Source of the DNA: an uncultured Planctomycetota bacterium
GTDB lineage: Bacteria > Planctomycetota > Planctomycetia > Pirellulales > Thermoguttaceae
Direction of reading: 5' to 3'
DNA: 64,000 nucleotides
NCBI GenBank assembly: GCA_902786505.1
Contig: CADACS010000002.1
Coordinates: forward strand, 6,684 to 70,683
The notes below the pieces were generated by a model. It ran no database searches, was not told the origin of the DNA, and was given only the letters and a program-made list of their open reading frames with translations. The position numbers and the translations under genes are program-made. Below are positions 19,604-30,195 of the stretch, piece after piece. Every line of letters starts with the position of its first letter. Position 1 is the first letter of the stretch.

Positions 19604-21199
19604 CTACTTCGCGATATCAGTCGCGCGCGTCTCGCGAATAACCGTCACTTTAATTTCGCCCGGAAACTGCAGCCGCGCCGTAAGCTCTTTGACAATATCG
19701 CGGCACGTCTTTGCGGCGCTCTCGTCCGTCGTAAGCTGCGAGTTAACGATAACGCGCATCTCGCGGCCCGCCTGAACGGCAAACGCCTGCTCAACAAACG
19801 GAAACTCCATCGCGATCTTTTCGAGCTCTTCCATACGCTTAACGTAATGTTCAAGCGTCTCGCGCCGCGCGCCCGGCCGCGACGCGCTGCACGCGTCGGC
19901 CGCGGCGACAATAAGCGTATACGGATCCGCCAACCGCGGATCTTCGTGATGCTTTAACGCCGCCTGAACGACTTCTAACGGTTCCCCGTATCTCTTGAGA
20001 ATGTCGGCGCCGATCTTCGGATGGCCCCCCTCGAGTTCATGGTCCGCCGCCTTGCCGAGGTCGTGCAAAAGACCGCAGCGGCGCGCAAGACGCTCGTTGA
20101 GCCCCATCTCCGCGGCGATCGCGCCGGAAAGGAACGCCACTTCTATCGAATGGCGCAAAACGTTCTGGCTGTAGCTCGTGCGGAAATAGAGCCGGCCGAG
20201 GAAGTTCACAACGCGTTCGTGAGGACGCGCGACTTCCGCTTCCTGACACGCTTCTTCCCCTACCCGCTGGACAAACGCCTGAATATCGCGCGTCGTCTGA
20301 TCGTAGATCTCCTCGATGCGCGACGGATGGATGCGCCCGTCGGCAATGAGCCGCGTGAGCGTCAGGCGCGCCGCCTCGCGCCGAATCGCGTCGAACGCGC
20401 TGACAATAACGACGCCGGGCGTGTCGTCGATAATGACGTCGACGCCGGTTATCTTTTCAAACGCGCGGATATTGCGCCCTTCGCGGCCAATCACGCGCCC
20501 CTTCATTTCGTCGTTTGGGATATCGACGGTGCTCGTCGTCGCTTCCGCGGTGTGGGCCGCGGCGTACCGCTGCAGCGCCAGAAGAATAATTTTGCGCGCG
20601 GTCGATTCGCAGCGTTCGTTCACTTCTTTTTCGTGGCGCAGAATAATCGCGCCTTCTTCTTCCGTGAGCTCTTTATCGAGTTTTTCGAGCAGGCGCCGGC
20701 TCGCTTCTTCCTTAGTGAGATTCAAGACCTCGTACAGAGCCTTCTCCTGCGCGGCGATCTTTTCGCGAAGCTCGTCGGCCAAGCGGCCCTGTTCTTCGAT
20801 CTTTTTAGAGAGCGTCTTGCGCGTGTCCTGAACGGACCGCTCGTGCTTTCTCAGCTCGTCCCCTTGCTGATCGAGGACTATTTGACGTTTGTCTAACTGG
20901 CGTTCTTTCTCCGCCTGAGCCTGACGTATCGCGCGCTTTTCGCTCTCGATCTCTTCTTTCTGTTTAATCGACGCTTCTTTGAGCTCGAGTTCCGCTTCGC
21001 GGCGATAGTTTTCGGCGTCCTGTTTGGCGCGGTCGAGAATCGTTTGCGCCTCGTTTTCCGCGTCGTATTTCCGCATTTTATTGAGGTACTGCACGCCGAA
21101 AAAGACGCCGGCTCCAGAAAGAAGCGCGACGACTATCAGCATGACCGCCATCGTGATTGGAGTGATAGTCACAATTACAATATGTCCTTCGTCCGTCAA
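19604..21199 (-). CDS. rny: ribonuclease Y
   Basis: N-terminal TM, a coiled-coil region, a KH region ([13 protein letters not shown]) and an HD domain (LLHDLGKA). The track start at 21199 is a TTG. An ATG at 21151 (MAVMLIVV...) is an alternative start. Confidence 0.9.
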   Translation of the reverse strand: MTDEGHIVIVTITPITMAVMLIVVALLSGAGVFFGVQYLNKMRKYDAENEAQTILDRAKQDAENYRREAELELKEASIKQKEEIESEKRAIRQAQAEKERQLDKRQIVLDQQGDELRKHERSVQDTRKTLSKKIEEQGRLADELREKIAAQEKALYEVLNLTKEEASRRLLEKLDKELTEEEGAIILRHEKEVNERCESTARKIILLALQRYAAAHTAEATTSTVDIPNDEMKGRVIGREGRNIRAFEKITGVDVIIDDTPGVVIVSAFDAIRREAARLTLTRLIADGRIHPSRIEEIYDQTTRDIQAFVQRVGEEACQEAEVARPHERVVNFLGRLYFRTSYSQNVLRHSIEVAFLSGAIAAEMGLNERLARRCGLLHDLGKAADHELEGGHPKIGADILKRYGEPLEVVQAALKHHEDPRLADPYTLIVAAADACSASRPGARRETLEHYVKRMEELEKIAMEFPFVEQAFAVQAGREMRVIVNSQLTTDESAAKTCRDIVKELTARLQFPGEIKVTVIRETRATDIAK

Positions 21200-21766
21200 G
21201 CGCGCGCAGACGAATTCCTACAAGAAGCCTCGACCGATCGAATCGAGACGCGTCTTCAAGAAAAGCAGAATACTTGCCAAGCCTTGTTCCGAGACCGCGG
21301 AGCGCACGCGCGTCGCTTTCACTGCCAACCGCCGCGAAACGCAAGGCGGCTGACGAATATATACGAACTCGCTCGATCGAAACCGATCGGCAAAAAACGA
21401 AAGGACGGCGGTCAAAACCGGCGTTCATGCGAACGCGGTTCTTTCTTAAGGTCAAGCAACCGGGTAAGGCGGGACCTTTTTATCTTGACGCGGGAATAAC
21501 GTCAAACAAACGTTTAACGGTTATAATAGTAATAAAAATATATAAAACGGCGGCTCAAAACATAAAAACGCCGTTGAAACGTAACGAAACGGGATCAGCG
21601 TTGAATACGCTAATAAAAGTTTCGCCTTAACCTTATTCTAACAAAGAACGCGCCGTCGCGCAATGAGAAAAAATATTTTTTGTCGGCGTACGGAGAGAAT
21701 GCGGCGCGGCCTCGAGAGCGGTCGCGCCGTTGACGTGCAAACGTTTAGATTGCGTTCAGAAGGGGA

Positions 21767-22327
21767 CTATTCGTCCATGACGTCTTTTTCGCGGTTTTTC
21801 GCGAGTTCCGACGCAAGATCTTCGTATTTCTTCGTCAGTTCCTGAATCTGTTCTTTCGTCGAATCGCGTTCGTCCTCGGAAATCTCTTTGGCTTTTTCCG
21901 CGGCGTCGGCCTGCTTATTGCCGTCGCGGCGAACGTTGCGAATCGCGATTTTGCACTCTTCACAAAGATCGCTGATCGTCTTGACCATCTTGCGGCGAAC
22001 TTCGGTTGAAAGGGGCGGAATATTCAGGCGAATAACCTTGCCGTCGTTGTTCGGCGCGTAGCCAAGATCGGCGTTCACAATTCCCTTCTCAATTTCCTTG
22101 AGCGTGCCGACGTCGAAAGGACGAATCAGAATCTGCTGCGCTTCCGGGCAGGCGACCGTCGCGACCTGTTTGAGAGGCGTTGGAACGCCGTAGGCCATGA
22201 CCTGAACCGAATCGACCAAACCGGGATTCGCGCGGCCCGTGCGGACGCCCGCAAGACCTTTGCGAAGACGCGCGACCGACTTTTCCATTCTATCTTCAAC
22301 GTCGAGTAAAATTTCTTCCGTCGACAT
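21767..22327 (-). CDS. frr: ribosome recycling factor
   Basis: 186 aa. LRKGLAGVRTGRANPGLVD and IRNVRRDGNK are typical of Frr. Confidence 0.95.
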   Translation of the reverse strand: MSTEEILLDVEDRMEKSVARLRKGLAGVRTGRANPGLVDSVQVMAYGVPTPLKQVATVACPEAQQILIRPFDVGTLKEIEKGIVNADLGYAPNNDGKVIRLNIPPLSTEVRRKMVKTISDLCEECKIAIRNVRRDGNKQADAAEKAKEISEDERDSTKEQIQELTKKYEDLASELAKNREKDVMDE

Positions 22328-22614
22328 AATGATTCTTCCGTTATTCTGGTTTGCAGGGCGCCGACCTAAGCGCGGCGCAAATCTCGTTCCGCGGCCGCGG
22401 CGGCCTCGGATAAACGTCTGTTCCTAGTATAAAAACAACGCCGCGCGATATCAAGAGGAACGAAACGTCTTTTTAGAAATTTCTTAACTCCGCGCCATGA
22501 GCGGTTATCTGTCAGACGCCGATAAAAAAACGCCCTTTAAGCGAAAACGCTCAAAGGACGTTCCGGTTTCAGGTAGGGAAACGCCGCGCAGAACGGCGTT
22601 CCCCGCATGGAAAA

Positions 22615-25464
22615 TCACTCTTTGCCAGACTTGGGCGCCGCCGGCGGATTCGGGCCGGTTTTGCCGTCCTTGTCCGGTCCCTCGTCGCCAGACGACTCGC
22701 CGTAGCCATAACCGCCGTAACCGTAGCCGCCGCCATAGCCGGACCCGTAGCCGTAGCCGCCGGAACCGGTTCCGTAGCCCGCGCCGTAGCCGTAGCCGTA
22801 ACCGCCGGAACCTGCGCCGTAGCCGTAACCGCCGCCATAGCCCGCGCCGTAACCGTAGCCGCCGCCGTAGCCATAGCCGCCATAGCCTCCGTAACCGCCG
22901 TAGCCGCCATAGCCGCCGTATCCGTAGCCGCCATAGCCGCCGTAGCCGCCGTAACCGCCATAGCCGCCGCCATATTCGTTCGACGTCTCGTCGGACGCGA
23001 ATTCGTTGTAGAAGCGGTGCTTTTCGTGGCAGTTAACGATGCAGCCAAGCAGATTCGCGTTGATCGTCGCCAGCGCGCGAACGCCGGATACAACGTCCGG
23101 TCGACCGCGGCGACGAATACGGAAGACGTACAGAACGCCGTCCGTTCGAGGCGCGACCGTCGCCGCGTCGTTCACATAGAGCACCGGCGGCGTGTCAATG
23201 AGGATGACGTCGTACTGTTCGCGGAGCGTCGCGAGCATCTGGTCAAATTCCTGACCGGCGATGAGTTCCGCGGGCGACCGCTTCGTACGCGAGCCAGCCG
23301 TCATGACCTGCAGATTCTTAATCGGAACTTCCGAAATTCCTTCTTCCAACGTGCATTCGCCGAGAAGAACGTTCGAAAGGCCGCGCGTATTGTCCAAGCC
23401 GAACATTTTATGAATATCCGGCTTGCGCATATCGCAGTCGATAAGGAGAACGCGCTTGCCCGCTTCCGCAACCTTAACGGCAAGGTTCGAAATGATCATC
23501 GTTTTACCGTCGGTCGGGTGAGGGCTCGTATTCATAACGACGACGCAGCCCGTGCCAGGACGCTGGTTAAACAGACGCGTGCGCAGCTGTCGGAAGACTT
23601 CGCAGATAGCGTCGTTCGGCTTATAGTACGCAAGCAATTCCGGCTCGGGTTTGTGCGCGTCGCGAAGCTCCTTGCGCTTCTTCGGCGTAATGTCGCGAAG
23701 ACGGTGCTTAAAGGAGACAAGGTGCGTGAGAATCGGCATATGAAGCGTGCGCGTAATTTCCGCGGGCGTGTGGAACGTCGCGTCGGTAACGTCGATAAGG
23801 TACGCCAAAAGGGATCCAAGCGCAACGCCAAGCACAAAACCGGCAAGCACGAACTTCAAGACGTTCGGGTAGACCGGATGATTGTTCTCAACCGCCGCGG
23901 ACAGGACTTCGACCTGATACGTATTGACGTCGCTCATAAGCGCGAGCTGCTTCAAGTTTTGATCGAGATGTTCAAGCATCGTCTTAGACGACTCGATCGA
24001 AACCTTCATTGTGTCGAGCGTTTCGCGGTACTGCGTAATCTCGCGCACTTCTTCGTCGCGATCGTCGACGTACGCCTGGATTTTAACTTTCTCTTCCGTC
24101 AGCTCTTCCATTCGGCTTCTCAACGCGCCGCGATACGTTTTAAAGAGTTCGCTATAGTTGATAACGCCAATTCGGCCGCGCGTTTCAGTCTCATTGTCGA
24201 TCGTGGCCGCCTGACGCTGCAGCTCCTTGATTTGATCTTCAAGAAGAACTACGCTCGGGTGGTCAACCGCCAGCGTCTGGAGAAGATTGAGACGCTTGAG
24301 TTCAAGATCGCGAATCTGCTGCTGCACCGTAGACGAAGAGCTGACTTCTCTAAAACGCAGAGCCGTTTCATAGTCGTTGCCTCGCGCCAAGGCCGCGATT
24401 GTCGTCAGAATAGACTCGCTGTCGCCGCCGCCCATTAGCTCGATGAGTTCCGCGTCGGACATATCTTCAACGTCGCGCGCGCCGACTTTATTGTCTAACG
24501 AGGCGACCTGATTCTCCAAACGCAAGAGCTGGAAATCGATATCGACCATCTTCTCGCTCATGCCGGTCAACGCGGTTAAAAGCGGACTGTGGTCGTCGCT
24601 ACCGATAAAAGTAGTCGGCGAATTCTGGATAAAGTCGACTAACTCTTGCTTCTTAACTTCAATCTCTTTTTCAATTGACAGTTTCGAAGATTCAATAGCC
24701 GCTTTTACGTCTTCGTTGCTTTTAGTGTACCGCTCGACAAAATGCTGTTTATACTGCTCGACGACCGTATTGACGATCATCGCCGCCTCTTTCGGACTTT
24801 CCGACTGACACGTAACCGCAATTGTATTGGTGTCGTGGAAACCGCGCTGCTCGCCGCCTACGCGAATTGCGATCAAATTGGTAAGTTTACTGACGGCGCG
24901 CTGTTCCGTAAGAGACTCGCTATCCGGATCAAGCGTAACCATCAGTTTGCGCTTTTCAGGATCTTCGCAGATATTGCGCCATGCCTTAGAGATAATCTCA
25001 TAGGAGCGGATGATCAACGCGTGAGTTTCTATCGAATCGCCGCGCAAATTCTGCGTCGTGCCGCCCGTCCGATAAACGCCGTTAAGAATCGACATAGAGT
25101 TCGTTTGAGGGATATAAACGGTCGAATACGCCAGATACTGAGGCGTTACCGTCTGGGAATAATACCCCGCAACGGCCATTCCGATAATCGCGGCTAAAAT
25201 AATGATCCAGATTTGACGCTTGAAAATATTGAGTACGTCAAAGAAATTCAGTTCACGACCGCTCGGAGCGCCTCCTGAAACGCCTGTCGGACGGCGCAGC
25301 GCTTCGATTGTACGTCGGTCAAGACGCACGCCGGCGCGGCCGCGGGAACGATGGGAAGACGAAGAGGAAGAACCCTGGGACGAACCGCTGCGCGCCCGGG
25401 AAGACGCTGCGCCGGCGTCTGTCTTCGGCGCATTCGTAGGATCGTTTTCGGGAGTATTGGCCAT
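22615..25464 (-). CDS. polysaccharide-export tyrosine autokinase (Wzc/GumC-like BY-kinase) with an extended Gly-Tyr tail
   Basis: Wzz-like periplasmic coiled-coil region between two TMs. Kinase Walker A is DGKT (TSPHPTDGKTMII), Walker A' is LLIDCDMRKP and Walker B is VILIDTPP. Ends in a C-terminal Tyr-rich region. Confidence 0.9.
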   Translation of the reverse strand: MANTPENDPTNAPKTDAGAASSRARSGSSQGSSSSSSHRSRGRAGVRLDRRTIEALRRPTGVSGGAPSGRELNFFDVLNIFKRQIWIIILAAIIGMAVAGYYSQTVTPQYLAYSTVYIPQTNSMSILNGVYRTGGTTQNLRGDSIETHALIIRSYEIISKAWRNICEDPEKRKLMVTLDPDSESLTEQRAVSKLTNLIAIRVGGEQRGFHDTNTIAVTCQSESPKEAAMIVNTVVEQYKQHFVERYTKSNEDVKAAIESSKLSIEKEIEVKKQELVDFIQNSPTTFIGSDDHSPLLTALTGMSEKMVDIDFQLLRLENQVASLDNKVGARDVEDMSDAELIELMGGGDSESILTTIAALARGNDYETALRFREVSSSSTVQQQIRDLELKRLNLLQTLAVDHPSVVLLEDQIKELQRQAATIDNETETRGRIGVINYSELFKTYRGALRSRMEELTEEKVKIQAYVDDRDEEVREITQYRETLDTMKVSIESSKTMLEHLDQNLKQLALMSDVNTYQVEVLSAAVENNHPVYPNVLKFVLAGFVLGVALGSLLAYLIDVTDATFHTPAEITRTLHMPILTHLVSFKHRLRDITPKKRKELRDAHKPEPELLAYYKPNDAICEVFRQLRTRLFNQRPGTGCVVVMNTSPHPTDGKTMIISNLAVKVAEAGKRVLLIDCDMRKPDIHKMFGLDNTRGLSNVLLGECTLEEGISEVPIKNLQVMTAGSRTKRSPAELIAGQEFDQMLATLREQYDVILIDTPPVLYVNDAATVAPRTDGVLYVFRIRRRGRPDVVSGVRALATINANLLGCIVNCHEKHRFYNEFASDETSNEYGGGYGGYGGYGGYGGYGYGGYGGYGGYGGYGGYGYGGGYGYGAGYGGGYGYGAGSGGYGYGYGAGYGTGSGGYGYGSGYGGGYGYGGYGYGESSGDEGPDKDGKTGPNPPAAPKSGKE
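22699..22975 (-). repeat. coding low-complexity (GGY/GY)n repeat tract
   Basis: Plus-strand reiterations of ccgtagcc/ccataacc encode YGGGYGGYGGYGG...GYGYG, about 92 residues. Confidence 0.9.
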
Positions 25465-26483
25465 ATGTAATCCTATCCTAATACAAAAGTGGTTCTGCTT
25501 TTGATCGATGATAAATAAATTTCGACCGTTTAACGCGTTAAAATGCGGTATCTTAACGTCTAAACGGCGCCGCCCGATTCAGTATTTCGCCGTTTATTCA
25601 ATGTTGTATGATAAAAATGACCGAACGTCTCGTTCAATCATAGATTTACAACAGAACGGATATAACGTTCCTATCGAAAAAAACGGTATCGTGACCATTA
25701 TAATAATCATTCGAAAAAACTCAAAGAGGTTTTAAGCCAACTTCTTTTACGACAAGATTTCAAGATAGTAAAGACAACTATTTTAACTAAACGGCGGCGT
25801 TTTTTCTAAATAAACCAAATAAACAAAACACACAAATCTAATAAAACGCCTTACTAAACAAGTATTCAAACTAGTAAATCCTGACAAGAAATATGGTTAA
25901 AAAAAGGCGCTGTCTAAAAAAAATACCTGTTGTAAAAAATAATAAAACTACGCAAGATTTAACTGTTACAAAAGAAAAACCTGCTCGTCCGGTCAAATGA
26001 ACTTTTTAAAAAAGACTGTTTTTTTTTGAATTTCTTTCTAACCTCTAACTATTCCCAATTCAAAGCGCCAGGAATTCAAAACAGAGCCGCCTCGGGCAGA
26101 TCTCGGCGCTTCATCTCTTGCGTTCCCTTGCGCAAGAGACGGCGCAGTTTAAAACGTTTTGCCATAACTGAACCCAACGTCGGATCACGACGTCTTACAA
26201 GGTGAAATCGAATAGTATCTTAACGGCCATACGCGTGTGTGCGCAATAATTTTCATTCGTGTCAAAAGAATAAAACTCGCGATATTACGGAAACATATGA
26301 ATTCTCCGCCGACGCGTTTCAATTACTCGGATTTATCATGTCGGCGGAATTATAAACACTTTTAAAAGCTGAACTTCTGGCTTTACTTATCTTTAGAGAA
26401 ACCCGCTCGGCGTCATGCGGTTCGCAAAAACAGCCTGAATGTGAACGGCAAAAGAGGGAGAAAGACGTTACGGAGACGCGAGA

Positions 26484-26518
26484 GTGAAAAAAAGAAGAGG
26501 AGCGCAAGGCTCCTCTTC
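26484..26518 (-). terminator. Rho-independent terminator after the Cys-rich protein gene
   Basis: Perfect 10-bp stem GAAGAGGAGC/GCTCCTCTTC with a 5-nt loop. The minus-strand transcript has a 7-T run after it (plus-strand gtgaaaaaaa, 26484..26493). Confidence 0.75.
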
Positions 26519-26571
26519 CAGTTATTCTGAATTTCAGAATACGAACGCTACAACTTCTACTGAATCGTTCT

Positions 26572-27387
26572 TCACTTGACGCGGTAGGGGGTTACCGGAT
26601 AGGTATAGTAGTAAGGACCGTAAATGGTCGTCTTCTTACCGTTGATAGTCGTGGTCTTGGTGCCCCACTTCGTGATATCGATTTTGGTGGGACTGACCGG
26701 CGGCGGCAAATCGCCCGGATCGTCATCAACGGCGACGGCAATCAAAGCGCCAATCGCGCCGAGCATCCCAAGCGTGCTCCACCAGCAACCACCGCCGCAA
26801 CAAGCGTTGCCACCCTGATTGCAGCAGGGGCTTTGCGGGGGAAGACCGCAGACGTCGCACGCCTGATCGATCGGGGTCGAAGTCTGAACAACTTCGCCGT
26901 TCGCATAAGCGGGCTTCTTGTGGCAGCCGCAGCTGTCAGGGCAGCTGCAAACGCCAGTCGTAACGTTTCCGTTGAAGATAGCGCAAACGCAGTTGCCGTC
27001 GCATTCATAACCTTCGTGGTTGCAACCGCAGGGATGAACGCCTTCAAGGTAGGTCAGTCCTTCGGTGTTAAGCAGGAAGAGCATCGGTTCGGCCTGATCG
27101 GCAGGAATCTCAACCTGAACAGAACCAAAGAGATGCGTAGAGGGCTGTTCAGCAACGACGCTGTACGTACCGGGCTCGACGGAGACAACCGTCTCGGCGC
27201 CGGTTTCGTCGGCGACTTTCGCCTCTTGGCCGTCGGTGGAGACCAAAGAGTAGTGAACGTCTTCCGCAACCGCGACCGGACCGTCGGCCTGCTGGGAGTA
27301 GAAAATCACATTGACGTCGGCAGCTTGGGTCGACGCGGCGACCAACATACCCGCCAACGCAATCAAAAGCATTGTAGCACGTTTCAT
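26572..27387 (-). CDS. secreted, membrane-anchored Cys-rich protein (hypothetical)
   Basis: The track start is a GTG. ATG at 27387 gives the signal peptide MKRATMLLIALAGMLVAASTQA. Two Cys clusters (CGCNHEGYECDGNCVC...CSCPDSCGC and CDVCGLPPQSPCCNQGGNACCGGGC), then the TM segment STLGMLGAIGALIAVAV. Confidence 0.7.
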   Translation of the reverse strand: MKRATMLLIALAGMLVAASTQAADVNVIFYSQQADGPVAVAEDVHYSLVSTDGQEAKVADETGAETVVSVEPGTYSVVAEQPSTHLFGSVQVEIPADQAEPMLFLLNTEGLTYLEGVHPCGCNHEGYECDGNCVCAIFNGNVTTGVCSCPDSCGCHKKPAYANGEVVQTSTPIDQACDVCGLPPQSPCCNQGGNACCGGGCWWSTLGMLGAIGALIAVAVDDDPGDLPPPVSPTKIDITKWGTKTTTINGKKTTIYGPYYYTYPVTPYRVK

Positions 27388-27656
27388 CAAATTCACCCTA
27401 TCCTGTAACTATATTGTATTTCGTTGAAAAACGATGTTATCCGAACTAAACTCGTAATCAAGTATACGTCGATCGTATCTTGATTGCCGACATTCTACAC
27501 CACCCTAGGTAAAAAATCAAGCCTCCAAAACTTTTTTTTCTCTCTTTTCGGCTTTTTTTGCAAAAAAATTTTCACAACTCCCCAATTTAAAACCCAACTG
27601 TGGCGGCGCAAGCAAATAAAACTTAATACTAATAAAACCTCTATTTTTTATACAAT

Positions 27657-28259
27657 TCATAAAATCCAAATTTTACGAAGCCGTTCTACCACGACGGACA
27701 GTTCTGCAGCCACCGGAATCGTTCGTTGTGAGAGAATTGAGACTATCGAATCCCAATACCAAAATTCTCCGGAACGGCCCCCTTTAAACTTGGAAAAAAC
27801 CGACTGGCAGTCGAGAGCGACGACCGCGCGCGTTAACGACGTTACGTTATCAAGTTTATCGCAGCCGATAATCAACGCCCCGTCGGGCGAACATGAGGCA
27901 AGACGATTAATAAACGCCTCTTTCCGCTCGCGCCACGGCGCTTTTTTAGAAGAGTCCTCGGCGGTCGAGTCCGTTGTTTCTAAGACCAAGTTCGCGACGC
28001 GGTCGCCAAATCGGGCGCGAACCTTCTCGCTCATTGCCAGCCCGCCGCAATCCTCCACAACGTCGTGCAGAAGCGCGGCGATCGCGGCGTCTTCAGAAGC
28101 GCCGTAATCAAGAACGAGTCCGGAAACGCGAAGTACATGAGAAAGGTATGGAACCTTGCCGATTTTACGCGTCTGCGTTCGGTGAGCCTCGGAGGCAAAA
28201 AGAAGCGCGTCGTCAAACCGCGCCGACAGCGGGCCCGCGCCAAACTCGTCTAACGTCAT
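27657..28259 (-). CDS. HD-domain phosphohydrolase (RelA/SpoT-hydrolase-like, small alarmone hydrolase type)
   Basis: Internal ATG at 28259. AHRTQTRK...PYLSHVLRV...ALLHDVVED is the HD signature seen in (p)ppGpp-hydrolase-like proteins. Confidence 0.75.
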   Translation of the reverse strand: MTLDEFGAGPLSARFDDALLFASEAHRTQTRKIGKVPYLSHVLRVSGLVLDYGASEDAAIAALLHDVVEDCGGLAMSEKVRARFGDRVANLVLETTDSTAEDSSKKAPWRERKEAFINRLASCSPDGALIIGCDKLDNVTSLTRAVVALDCQSVFSKFKGGRSGEFWYWDSIVSILSQRTIPVAAELSVVVERLRKIWIL

Positions 28260-28416
28260 ATATTCCCCTTTAAAACCGCGTAAAAAAAGATTCCGCTTCA
28301 ATTCCCCGATCTGATCGGCAAAAGAAGCGGAATCCACTCTCCAGTCAGCCGACGTTCGCATACGCGCGTTAACGGTTGCGCCGGCTTGACAGTTCGCCCC
28401 CAAAAGGGCTGATTAC

Positions 28417-30195
28417 CTATCGGCGGCGCGAAGAGCGCGTCGTTTTTTCCGCATTGTTTTTCACTTCTAAACCGTCAAATTCGACCACGCCGACTCCGTC
28501 GAGAATTCCAACTTGCATCGACGCTTCCGTAGCGCGCGGCGGAACTTGGATCTCTTGCGAGAACTCCACCCACGGGTTCGCGCCAACTTCCCCGGATAAG
28601 ACGGTCGCTTCGCCGTTTTTCTGAATTGGCTTACGGTCTTTATCGAAGAAGTAAATCTTAATCAACGTTACCGTGGAACGCGTATCGACGTTAGCGCGCA
28701 ATTTTTCAGATCTGTACGCGCCGCTTATCGTCAGTTTTTTGACTTTCGTTCCGTCAATGGCGAAATTTTGCCGCAGATGGCAAATCGCCTCTTGCTCGCG
28801 CTGACGCGCGCGAACCTGCGATTCAAGCGCCGTGAGTTCGCGGCGGTTCTCCGGAAGGGTCGCGGCGTTAAACCGCTCTTCATTCCGATCTTTTTTCTTT
28901 TGCTCTTCTTTAACGCTTGAATTGTCGCACACGCAAACGCGTTTCCCTTCATACGCGTCGTCGCGGTCGGCGACGTAAGTATTGCGCGTCGAAAACCACC
29001 CCTGAGGCGTCGGGCGGCGTTTGGGCAGCTGAATCGACAGTTCGTCTTTTTCCGCGGCGTCCATCTGCTCGTTTTTGAGCATGCCGTCCGTCTTCCAGGT
29101 CGCCGTAGGCGCGACTTCGCCCGGCGCGGGATTAATAACTTCAAATCCTCCGCCGGTAATACTGGGCGACGTCGGATCCGGTTTTGCGCGTCTCAAATCT
29201 TCCGCTTCGCCCGTCATCGGAACAAAACTCGCGGGCGTGAGCGTTGTGCGAACAAGTTCGCCGTTTTTCTTTTCGCATAAGACAAAATACTGCAAATACC
29301 GCTCGCCGATCGGAATGAGCATCTTGCCGCCCTCGTTAAGCTGGTCGATAAGCGGCTGAGGAATGTCTTCCGGGGAGCAGGTAACAATGATTTTGTCAAA
29401 CGGCGCGCCTTCCGGCCAACCTTTATATCCGTCGCCCAATCGGACAAATACGTTGTTATATCCCAGTTTCTTTAAAACTTCGGCGGCGCGGCGGCCGAGC
29501 GGTTTAACGATTTCTATCGTGTAGACTTCGTTGACAAGACAACTCAACACAGCGGCCTGATATCCGCTGCCTGTGCCGATTTCAAGCACGCGATCCGTAG
29601 GCTGAGGATCGAGCGTTTCGGTCATATACGCGACAATAAAGGGCGGCGAAATCGTTTGCGCTTCGCCAATCGGAATCGCCGCGTCTTGATACGCAAAATC
29701 TCTATAATCTTTCGGAACAAATTCCGCGCGGGGAATACGCGCCATCGCCTTAAGGACACGGATATTACGGAGTTCCTTCGTCGGCGTGAGTTCTTCAAGA
29801 GTCATCGCGAGCGCGTCGGGAACAATCGGATATTTGCTGTCGCGCTCAGCGTCGGTCATGGGCGTAAGCCTGACCGCCGGCGGCTGAATGAGCGTTTCAA
29901 CAGCGTCGGCGCTTTTAGAAGACGCGTTCGCCGGCTTTTTCTTCACGGGCTCAAATTCTTCTTTTACCGCGTCCGGAGTTTTCTCTTTCTTTGCGACAGG
30001 GACGTCGCTCTTCATTTCAATCGCGGCGTCCGAAGCCTTCGGTTTCGATTTCTCCGCCGCGTTCTCCTTACTTGCGGACTCGTTTTTAGCGCTCGCGTTA
30101 TTTTGCGGGGATTTAATCGTAACTTTCGACGCTTCTGCTACGCCTGAAAAAACAAACAACGCGGCGACGATAATCCAAATCTTTATTTGTTTCAC
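28417..30195 (-). CDS. protein-L-isoaspartate O-methyltransferase domain fused to an N-terminal signal/anchor with a Lys/Ala/Ser-rich linker and a ~230-aa C-terminal domain
   Basis: The track start at 30282 is a TTG. GTG at 30195 has a GAGGA RBS 8 nt upstream and gives [22 protein letters not shown]. The PCMT core is [15 protein letters not shown]...[12 protein letters not shown]...[15 protein letters not shown]. Confidence 0.8.
   Translation of the reverse strand: MKQIKIWIIVAALFVFSGVAEASKVTIKSPQNNASAKNESASKENAAEKSKPKASDAAIEMKSDVPVAKKEKTPDAVKEEFEPVKKKPANASSKSADAVETLIQPPAVRLTPMTDAERDSKYPIVPDALAMTLEELTPTKELRNIRVLKAMARIPRAEFVPKDYRDFAYQDAAIPIGEAQTISPPFIVAYMTETLDPQPTDRVLEIGTGSGYQAAVLSCLVNEVYTIEIVKPLGRRAAEVLKKLGYNNVFVRLGDGYKGWPEGAPFDKIIVTCSPEDIPQPLIDQLNEGGKMLIPIGERYLQYFVLCEKKNGELVRTTLTPASFVPMTGEAEDLRRAKPDPTSPSITGGGFEVINPAPGEVAPTATWKTDGMLKNEQMDAAEKDELSIQLPKRRPTPQGWFSTRNTYVADRDDAYEGKRVCVCDNSSVKEEQKKKDRNEERFNAATLPENRRELTALESQVRARQREQEAICHLRQNFAIDGTKVKKLTISGAYRSEKLRANVDTRSTVTLIKIYFFDKDRKPIQKNGEATVLSGEVGANPWVEFSQEIQVPPRATEASMQVGILDGVGVVEFDGLEVKNNAEKTTRSSRRR

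Noticed and set aside
22699-22975. The tandem repeats at 22699..22975 and 54341..54545 were considered as possible CRISPR or satellite arrays.
   Set aside because: Both are in-frame coding repeats with no spacer structure. No CRISPR-like repeat-spacer array exists in the window.
22497-23036. 179-aa Arg/Ser-rich ORF (RSRRNRRSRHSRR...).
   Set aside because: It is the antisense reading of the Gly-Tyr repeat tract of the tyrosine kinase, a repeat artefact rather than a gene.
25508-25735. 75-aa ORF in the AT-rich intergenic region, together with 26319..26507(-).
   Set aside because: These are chance ORFs in AT-rich or hairpin-rich non-coding sequence, with no RBS or family resemblance.
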